Virus record (IMG/VR): IMGVR_UViG_3300043419_002186
Span: 1 to 64,000 of that record
Origin: a virus
Length of the DNA: 64,000 nucleotides
Strand: one strand, 5' to 3'
The notes below the pieces were generated by a model that saw only the letters and a list, made by a program, of their open reading frames with translations, had not been told where the DNA came from and made no database searches. The translations under genes were made by a program, and so were the position numbers. The stretch's first letter is position 1. Each line of letters opens with the position of its first letter. Shown piece after piece: positions 47,873-54,981 of this stretch.

Positions 47873-47890
47873 GGCCGAATCGATTCGGCC
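47873..47890. repeat. 18-bp perfect palindrome GGCCGAATCGATTCGGCC
   Basis: Longest perfect version of the genome-wide motif that I saw; upstream of the ParB-like gene. Confidence 0.9.
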
Positions 47891-49267
47891 GGTGTGTGTT
47901 GCCCGCTGTCGGGCCTTGCGAGCGGGTGGCGCGCTTGTCACCACCCGCTCGCAAGGTCCGGCGCACCCCGTCGGGGCGGTGCGTCGGGCCTTGCTTTTCG
48001 TGCCGCGTCCGTTCTTTTTGCATGAGTCACGGTGCGCTTGACTCTTCGATGCACGCCTTCCCCGTAGGGAACTTCCGACGTGCTTCTTACCCTATCCATT
48101 CAACCTACCGACGAACGAGACGCAATGGGCTTTTCGTAGAGGGCTTGATATGTGGAGCCTCCCGTAACTTCGAGCGTGACGTGACACTGCTGCGATGTAG
48201 GCGCGCCGACGAGGCAGCGCTTGACGTGCAGTGACAGGGGTTCACTTGGCGGGAGACGGACCATGCAGGGAACGTGGCCGTACGTTGCAGGGGGCACGGC
48301 AGAGGCATGGCGATGCGACGAGCGCGGGCATGCTTGACGTGCTTCCCAGCTACTGGGGACAGGGGTCACAACGCGCAGTGGAGCATGCGCTTCCCGCAAG
48401 CTGCAGCGGGTAACGTGACGTGTCCTTTTCGCGCTTCACCATTGCGACAGGGTCCTCTAGGGGACCCCGCGTGGAACTAGGCGAGAATGGGCAAGGGGTA
48501 TTCTGTAGACGACCCGTCGGGGTGCTACTGGCAGCGGCGACGTTTCACGGGCAGGGGGCCATGCGCAGGGTGCGCGCTCCCCTGTAGAAGCGGGGGGCCG
48601 TGTAGGGTCAAGGGCATGCAGAGGGCGTGCGGCCACGGGGGCCTTTTCAGCCGTGCAGGGGCGTCTTTTCCCCTCGGAAACGTCGTCCGCGGCTTTCGCA
48701 CGCAGGAACGACAGGGCGTCAGCTTGTCAAGGATCGGCGGGCTCTTCGAGCCCCCCTACATCGGGGCCGTCGGAGACCGCCCGCCCCCCCTTGCGGGGGG
48801 ACCGCGCGCTGGGGGCACGCGGCGGGCGGGGCTCTTTCGCGTCGGGGGCTGAACCACATCCACCCGACACACTCATAGTCGCACACACTGGGGCCGCATG
48901 CAAGCCCCGTCTCGCAATAACTGGAAAGGGCAAAAACCCTAGTGATTCCGGGTACTTAGGCCTGTTCTGACATCCTGGGTCTACCACGTGGACCCTCTAT
49001 GACAGAACTCCAGAGCCTTCCCTAGTTCTGTCATCAGGGGGCCAGGTGCCTTGAATCGATTCGGCCTTGTTCTGACAATAGAGGGCCACGCAGCGCTCCG
49101 CGGCTGGGCTGGGGAGTGCGCGCAACGGGCGCAAGGGGGACGGGGGGACGCGGGAGAGGCCCCGCGTGTCCCCCCCTTCCCCTTGACGTGAGAGAGGCCC
49201 GACCCCCTGTGACAGGGAGCGGGCCTCGGGCACTGCGCACTTCGGGCTCTCGGGCGGGTGCTGCTCG
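47891..49267. other. ~1.4-kb apparently non-coding control region
   Basis: No convincing ORF; TGACGTG x5; GTTCTG(A/T)CA repeats. Confidence 0.6.
48999..49034. repeat. Inverted repeat ATGACAGAACT-N14-AGTTCTGTCAT
   Basis: Perfect 11-bp arms; GTTCTGACA also at 48964 and 49069. Confidence 0.8.
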
Positions 49268-50257
49268 CTACCAGCCGAGGCCTCGAAGTTCCATCTCCGT
49301 CGGAGGCACTTCGTCGTCGGAAATGCCGCGGAGGGAGTACTTCGGGGGGTAGTACGCGTCTGACGCTGGCTGCAGAATCTTCATGCGAACGAGGTAGTCG
49401 AGGACTGCGCCGACAAGCCGCTGCCTCGCGGGTGTGGACATGTCAGGCGCGAGCTTCCTCTCGAAGGCCCGCTCGATGTAGGTCTGCTCGCGAGGGCCCC
49501 GCAGGAGGCTCACGGGCGTGTCGAGGCTGCTCGCGACCATGATGGCGAGGCTTCCTCCGACAGGGGAGCCGTCCGTCGGGAGCCCCTTCGACTGCAGCCA
49601 CTGCTCGACTTCGTAGTCGGCGCGCTCCTCCTCGGACATCGGCTCTTCTTCTAGGGCGCGCTCCACGTCCTCCTCGACCTCGTCCCTCGTCGGTGCCCGC
49701 GAGTCCGCCTTCGCCCGCTTCTTCGCGGGAGCCTTGCGAGGCTTCGGGACCTCGACCTGCTCCTCCTCGTCCCTGTCGAACTCCTCGTCCGCTTCGCGGA
49801 CGGGTCGCGTGCGCTTTGCGCGACGCTCGACGGCGGTCTCGGTGTCCGTGTCCGAGGCCTCGGGAATCGATTCGGCGCGAGCCGCGGCCTTGCGCGTCGT
49901 CCGCACGCGCTTCGGCTTGGCCCTCGTTTCGAGCGCAGTCGCTTCGGAGGCCTCTTCCTGCTCCGCGGGGAGTGCGCGCTCCTCGACCTGTGTCTCGAAC
50001 ACGTCCACCGGCTCAGCGGGGGCCCGCGACTTGCGGGGGATGCCCTTCTCGCGCTGGATGGGCGCGAGAGAGGGCATCGGATACCTGTCCGTGAGCAGGA
50101 ACCACACGGGACCGCGAGGGGTCTCGACCTTCTCGAAGTCGCGACCCTCTTCGAGCCTCTTGCCTCGGCCCGTGCCGTCCTTGCCCAGCATCCACTTGAG
50201 CACGGTGCGGCGGTTGACGTTCCACTTCAGTGCCGCTTCGGCAACGGTCATACGCAT
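49268..50257 (-). CDS. N-terminal HTH protein with long charged linker
   Basis: MTVAEAALKWNVNRRTVLKW excisionase-like HTH. Confidence 0.7.
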   Translation of the reverse strand: MRMTVAEAALKWNVNRRTVLKWMLGKDGTGRGKRLEEGRDFEKVETPRGPVWFLLTDRYPMPSLAPIQREKGIPRKSRAPAEPVDVFETQVEERALPAEQEEASEATALETRAKPKRVRTTRKAAARAESIPEASDTDTETAVERRAKRTRPVREADEEFDRDEEEQVEVPKPRKAPAKKRAKADSRAPTRDEVEEDVERALEEEPMSEEERADYEVEQWLQSKGLPTDGSPVGGSLAIMVASSLDTPVSLLRGPREQTYIERAFERKLAPDMSTPARQRLVGAVLDYLVRMKILQPASDAYYPPKYSLRGISDDEVPPTEMELRGLGW

Positions 50258-50266
50258 GGCTACAGC

Positions 50267-51925
50267 TTACTCCTGCCCGCGGCGGATGACCGTCCAGCCC
50301 TCGGGAACAGCGACGGGATGGACGGGGGACGTGATGATGACCTGCTGTGGGCAGGAGGTGAACGCCTTCAGGACCTCGAAGAGCGTGACGTCGTCAAAGG
50401 CGCGCTCCTCGGGGATGAGGCACGCGTACTGCCCCGGCTCGGCGCACGCGCTCGCCATCGCGGCCGTGACGCGGGCCCACTCGGCACCCGACAGGGCCGT
50501 GTGCAGCTTGCCGTCGCGGACGAGACCGAACTGAACGACCTCTCGGTCGCCGTCGCGCAGGTTCAGAGCGAACGTGTCCGTCGGGGGCAGGTTCGACTGG
50601 ACCTTCGCGATGAAGGCGGCGCGGGCCGTGTCGAGGACGCTGCCGACGGCGGCTTCGCAAGCCTCCTTCAGCGTGCGCCACTCCTCTCCTCGTCGCTCCG
50701 CGTCGAGGGCCGCGCTCTCGGCCTTCTGCACGCTGTTCCAAGCGTCGCGTGCGCCCCGCAGCTCCTGCAGCTTCTCGTCGGCGGATTCGAGCGCCTTCTC
50801 GCAGTCTTCGAGCGAGGGGCCCGTGTACTCGCCAGCGGCCTCGACCTCTGCGAGGCGCGTCTCGACCGTCTCCAGCGCGTTCTGAGCGTTCGACAGCTCG
50901 ATGACCGCGGACTGCAGCTCCCGGTCCACAGCGTCGTGCTGCACGTTCTTCGCACGCTGCTCCGTCACGGCGCTCTTCGTCGCCTCGACCAGCTCCTTCG
51001 TCGGAGCAGCGCCGTCGCACACGTAGCAGATGCCGTCCGAGAGCGAGATGTCCATGGCCGTGATGACGCTGTCGAGAGCCGGGTGGATGGTCGCGGGCTT
51101 GCCGAGTGCCGCGAGCTTCTCACGAAGGCCCGCCACCTTGGCGGTGGCAGCTTCGAGCGCGGTCTTGCGGATGGCCACGGTGTTCTGATGCGACGAGAGC
51201 TGCACCAGCTTGTGCGAGGCCGTGTCCGCGATGCTGTGCTGCTTGCGCGCGTCCTCGCGAGCCTTCACGGCGGCAGAGACCTCTGCCTCGCTCGGGGGCG
51301 ACATGCGGCCACCCGACACCAGCTTGCCAGCCTCGCGCTGCGTCTTCGCGGCGCTGTTCGCGTCACGCTGCTGCTTGCCCGCGTACTCCAGCACCTGCAC
51401 AAGCGCGTCGGCAGCGGGAATCGATTCGGGCACCGTCTCGCTCGCGGCGCGCCACGTGGAGCGCACGACCTCGGGGAGAAGACTCTCGATGTCGTTTCGC
51501 GTCGTGCTCCCGCAGACCTTGCCGATGAGGAACTTGCGCGCAGTGACGGGGGAGCCGAGCAGCGCCTCCTTCATCGTGCGGATGGTGAGGACGTCGCCGG
51601 TCTCGATGGCGGGGCTTCGAGAAGCCGAGTGCTTCTTCGCCTTCGCCGTCGAGCCCTCGACTCGGTAGATGGCAGCGTCCCCGTTGTCGAAGAGGACCTC
51701 AGCGACGATGGCGCTCGCGTCCTTCGGAGCGAGCTGCATCACGTCCGCTTCACGCGCAATGTCCGTGCGACCGGCGATGTCACCCACGCGAGAGGTGAGC
51801 GCCAGCTCGATGGCGTTGACGATGGTGCTCTTGCCTGAGCCGTTGGGGCCCACGACGAGCGTCTTGGGGCCGATGGCAACATCGCACCCCGCCTTCACGT
51901 TGCTCTTGACCTTGACGATGTTCAC
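50267..51925 (-). CDS. Rad50/SbcC-like SMC-family ATPase
   Basis: GPNGSGKST; coiled coils around a CYVC hook; LSGAE signature; degenerate Walker B (LIPEE). Confidence 0.85.
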   Translation of the reverse strand: MNIVKVKSNVKAGCDVAIGPKTLVVGPNGSGKSTIVNAIELALTSRVGDIAGRTDIAREADVMQLAPKDASAIVAEVLFDNGDAAIYRVEGSTAKAKKHSASRSPAIETGDVLTIRTMKEALLGSPVTARKFLIGKVCGSTTRNDIESLLPEVVRSTWRAASETVPESIPAADALVQVLEYAGKQQRDANSAAKTQREAGKLVSGGRMSPPSEAEVSAAVKAREDARKQHSIADTASHKLVQLSSHQNTVAIRKTALEAATAKVAGLREKLAALGKPATIHPALDSVITAMDISLSDGICYVCDGAAPTKELVEATKSAVTEQRAKNVQHDAVDRELQSAVIELSNAQNALETVETRLAEVEAAGEYTGPSLEDCEKALESADEKLQELRGARDAWNSVQKAESAALDAERRGEEWRTLKEACEAAVGSVLDTARAAFIAKVQSNLPPTDTFALNLRDGDREVVQFGLVRDGKLHTALSGAEWARVTAAMASACAEPGQYACLIPEERAFDDVTLFEVLKAFTSCPQQVIITSPVHPVAVPEGWTVIRRGQE

Positions 51926-52146
51926 TTGCTTTCCCCTTGTTCAAGCATCCTGCGCAGAGCGTCGAGAAGCATCGGATGCGGCGTGTGATTCTCGTTGAGC
52001 CAGCGGTAGATGGTGCGTGTGCTGACGTGCGAGCGCTCTGCGATTTCTCCCATCTTCAACCCCGAAGACAGGAGAGAGGTGATGAGGTTCTTGGCCTCGT
52101 TGGAGCGTTCCTTGAGTGTGCGGCTTGCGACCCGTTTGTCCTGCAT
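51922..52146 (-). CDS. Cro/XRE-like HTH regulator
   Basis: EIAERSHVSTRTIYRWL. Confidence 0.8.
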   Translation of the reverse strand: MQDKRVASRTLKERSNEAKNLITSLLSSGLKMGEIAERSHVSTRTIYRWLNENHTPHPMLLDALRRMLEQGESK

Positions 52147-52179
52147 GATGACCTCTCCTAGGCCCCCTTTCCTGCGGAC

Positions 52180-52208
52180 AAGTTAGGGTATGACAAGTGT
52201 CGTGTCAA
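52180..52208 (-). promoter_or_regulatory. Sigma70-type promoter
   Basis: TTGACA-17 nt-TAACTT upstream of the HTH gene. Confidence 0.75.
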
Positions 52209-52211
52209 GTG

Positions 52212-52634
52212 TCACTCAAGGTCGAGGACCCAGCCACCGAAGAAGTCGTTGGGGTCGATGCACTCGATGCCAATCGCACGTCGAAGGACCGGCTCCTCCG
52301 TCGTCCGCTGGTACTGGAGTGAGAAGACGGGGCACTTCTTTGCAAGCGCGAGCTGGATGATGAGCGCAGTCGCCTTGCCCATGCTCGTCCCGGGGACGAC
52401 GAAGCCCGAATAGACGGGCTTCAGCGTCGTCATGTCCATGCGGTTGACCACGTCGCGGCACCAGCCGCCGAAGCCTCCCGCGCTTGGCGCGTGCTTCATG
52501 TAGTCGTCGCGACCGGCGACCACGACGACGTTGTCGCCCGTGGCAGCGAACGCGAGACCGACGTCGTGGACGTCACGGTCGATTTCGGCATCCTCCATGG
52601 ACTTGGGGTGCGCGAAGAAGATGGAGTGGGTCAC
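52212..52634 (-). CDS. Hypothetical protein
   Basis: GAGGAG SD; GTG start. Confidence 0.65.
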   Translation of the reverse strand: MTHSIFFAHPKSMEDAEIDRDVHDVGLAFAATGDNVVVVAGRDDYMKHAPSAGGFGGWCRDVVNRMDMTTLKPVYSGFVVPGTSMGKATALIIQLALAKKCPVFSLQYQRTTEEPVLRRAIGIECIDPNDFFGGWVLDLE

Positions 52635-52966
52635 TGGAGCGTCTCCTCGTTCTGAGTCGATTCGGGGGCCTTGCGGAAGATGAAGACGGGGTTCGTGTCA
52701 CCGAAGTGCGCGCCGATGATGTTGAAGCCGTACCATTCGAGGGCTTCCTCCTCGGTCATGCCGTCGCGGTCTTGCAGAATCTTGAGGAGCTTCTCTCCGT
52801 CGTAGACGAGGCGCACCTTGCCTCCGAACTCCTCACCGAAGCCGATGATGGCGTCGTCGAGGCCGTCGAGGACGATGATGTTCGTATCCTCGTCCATCTC
52901 GCCCACGGTCTCCTGAATCCACTCCTCGATGGTGCTCTTCTTCTCTTCGTTCTCGTTGTCACTCAT
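52631..52966 (-). CDS. Conserved acidic phage protein
   Basis: DGLDDAIIG...VYD...DGMTEEEALEWYGFNIIGA. Confidence 0.75.
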   Translation of the reverse strand: MSDNENEEKKSTIEEWIQETVGEMDEDTNIIVLDGLDDAIIGFGEEFGGKVRLVYDGEKLLKILQDRDGMTEEEALEWYGFNIIGAHFGDTNPVFIFRKAPESTQNEETLQ

Positions 52967-53322
52967 CGGTCGTCCTCGGGAAAGTGCTGTGCCATGCACA
53001 GCGAGCAAACATGCTTCACGGCGGGGGCTGTCCAGTTGCGGTCGTTCGTGTCGCCAGCACGAACGCGAAAGTCACTCGCGGGGAGATAGCCCCAGCCATC
53101 CATCTCGGTCGCTTCGAGCACCGACTTCTGAAAGTCGAACGCGGTCTCGGTGCCCCGCGCCATCGGGTCCCACTCGATGGTGGGTTCGACGCCGAATCGA
53201 TTCCTCGCGACGCAGAAGTCGCAGCGGAGCGTGAACGCTGCGTGCATCTCCATTATTGCGCGCTCCTTGCCCTTCTTCGTAATGGTGTACGAATGGGAGC
53301 GCAGCACCCCTGCTTTGCTCAT
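52963..53322 (-). CDS. Zn-finger paralog 5
   Basis: CDFC...DGW...HVCSLC. Confidence 0.7.
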   Translation of the reverse strand: MSKAGVLRSHSYTITKKGKERAIMEMHAAFTLRCDFCVARNRFGVEPTIEWDPMARGTETAFDFQKSVLEATEMDGWGYLPASDFRVRAGDTNDRNWTAPAVKHVCSLCMAQHFPEDDR

Positions 53323-53648
53323 TCGGGAATCTCCTGCTTCACGCACTCGGGGCACGCGTGCTGGACGTTGTGGACGCGCTCCTTGAGAGGAACACGACGC
53401 AGCTTCGTTATGTGCCTCTCCAGACGAGCCCATCCATCGGGAATCGATTCGGTAGTCTCCTTCGTGCCGAAGACGAAGAGGCGCGGGTTCCTCTTCGTGC
53501 GAAGCCACTCGGGCAGCGTCAGCGAATGATTGTCAGCATCATCGGGACAGAAGTCGCAGTAGATGCCCCACTGCTTGTCCGTATCGAAGAACGACTCTCC
53601 GTACATGTTCGTCCCGTCCCTTGGGATGGAGAACATGATGAGGCTCAT
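53319..53648 (-). CDS. Zn-finger paralog 4
   Basis: CDFC...PDGW...CPECVKQEIPE. Confidence 0.7.
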   Translation of the reverse strand: MSLIMFSIPRDGTNMYGESFFDTDKQWGIYCDFCPDDADNHSLTLPEWLRTKRNPRLFVFGTKETTESIPDGWARLERHITKLRRVPLKERVHNVQHACPECVKQEIPE

Positions 53649-53908
53649 TCGGGAATCTCCTGTTTCACGCACGTGGGGCACATCCACATCGTGGTGCCGT
53701 GCAGCTTCTCAATCACGTGCCAGCCATCGGGGAGCGACCAGCCCTTCGCAATCCACACGCGACCGTACGCGCACCAAAAGCACAGATGCCAGTAGCCGCG
53801 GGGGCGGGACCCGCTCGCGTCGCCATCCTCGGAATGCGCGAGCCTGATGCGAACGCCTTGGTCGTTCTCGTAGAGCCCGGGCTCGCCGGGGATGGCACGG
53901 AGCGTCAC
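53645..53908 (-). CDS. Zn-finger paralog 3
   Basis: CFWC...PDGW...CPTCVKQEIPE. Confidence 0.7.
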   Translation of the reverse strand: MTLRAIPGEPGLYENDQGVRIRLAHSEDGDASGSRPRGYWHLCFWCAYGRVWIAKGWSLPDGWHVIEKLHGTTMWMCPTCVKQEIPE

Positions 53909-54291
53909 TCAGGAATCTCCGTCTTCGCACAGTCGGGGCACATGTAGTGCGCGGGCCTGTCGGGCTTCGCTGCGTCCTCAACGAGGTGCCACCCGTCCTG
54001 CAGGTCCTCGTTGAGCAGGTGCCTGTTCTCGTCGCACCAGTAGCAGCGGATGGTCAGTGTGCCGGTTGCGGGACGCTTGATGAGGCCGTCGAGAAAGATG
54101 GTGAAGATGCCGCCCGCATCATTGGAAGCGTCGGGACCGATGTTCATCGGGACGAGGTACTGAGGCGCCGTGACCGCTGACGCGATTCCCGGTGTCGGAG
54201 GCCGCAGCCCGTGGGTCGCCGCTTCCGCAGTCCACTTCGCACGCTCTTCGTCCGAGAGGCTCTCCCAGTAGGCGTCCACGATGTCACGCAT
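53905..54291 (-). CDS. Zn-finger paralog 2 carrying a capsid-protein-like segment
   Basis: CYWC...DGW...CPDCAKTEIPE; contains TIFLDGLIKRPAT. Confidence 0.7.
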   Translation of the reverse strand: MRDIVDAYWESLSDEERAKWTAEAATHGLRPPTPGIASAVTAPQYLVPMNIGPDASNDAGGIFTIFLDGLIKRPATGTLTIRCYWCDENRHLLNEDLQDGWHLVEDAAKPDRPAHYMCPDCAKTEIPE

Positions 54292-54460
54292 CGGAGCGCT
54301 TCCCGTCGAGGGAGTCGATGTACTCGACCAGCTCCGTGTAGTGGTGCTCGTTCGCAAACCATGCGCGCAGCGTGGCGCGGCCCTTGGGCGTCATCTCGCG
54401 AATGTCCTTCTTGATGCTCTCATCGAGCAGGGGCTCTTCGCGAATCGATTCGTCAGTCAT
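54284..54460 (-). CDS. 58-aa hypothetical protein (not in ORF track)
   Basis: MTDESIREEPLL...; overlaps both neighbours. Confidence 0.55.
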   Translation of the reverse strand: MTDESIREEPLLDESIKKDIREMTPKGRATLRAWFANEHHYTELVEYIDSLDGKRSDA

Positions 54461-54653
54461 CGCTCTTCCCCTTCGCGAGGCAGTCTCCGCACGTCACCTT
54501 CTCGTCGTGCTTGTCCATCTGCGTCCCCGGCACCCACGTCAGTCCGCAGAGCGGCGCCCACGTCTTGACGACCACGAAGTCTTTCGGCTTCAGCCCTTTG
54601 ACGTGTACTTCCTGCTCCGCGGTGACGACGGCCTTGTGAACCTTCTCAGTCAT
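54453..54653 (-). CDS. Small Cys-containing protein
   Basis: PLCG...VTCGDC; AAGGA SD. Confidence 0.6.
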   Translation of the reverse strand: MTEKVHKAVVTAEQEVHVKGLKPKDFVVVKTWAPLCGLTWVPGTQMDKHDEKVTCGDCLAKGKSDD

Positions 54654-54981
54654 TTTCGAATCCTTCTGCTCGAACGCATGCAGGGCACGCGTCGAGCGTG
54701 TGTCTGTGGTTTCGCATCTGGAGCTGCCCAAACGTGAACGGTTCGAGAGCTGCGATGATCTTCCATCCGTCCGCGTATCCGTCCCCGTCTTGAAGCAGCC
54801 CGTTATCGCCCATTTCAACCTTGCGGCTCTCGCAGTAGTCGCAGGTGACAACCGTCGCGACGAAGCCTTTTCCTGCCGGGTAGCGCTTCTCATCCGTCAC
54901 CCGCTCCACTCTCCCCATGCCGTCGGAACCCGGAATGACGTTGAGCTTGATGGGGGCGTGCATTTGGTAGGCGCGACTCAT
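54646..54981 (-). CDS. Zn-finger paralog 1
   Basis: CDYC...DGW...ACPAC. Confidence 0.65.
   Translation of the reverse strand: MSRAYQMHAPIKLNVIPGSDGMGRVERVTDEKRYPAGKGFVATVVTCDYCESRKVEMGDNGLLQDGDGYADGWKIIAALEPFTFGQLQMRNHRHTLDACPACVRAEGFEND

Noticed and set aside
49031-49037. CUGAUGA hammerhead core on the - strand
   Set aside because: No GAAA after the following stem; it is part of the inverted repeat arm
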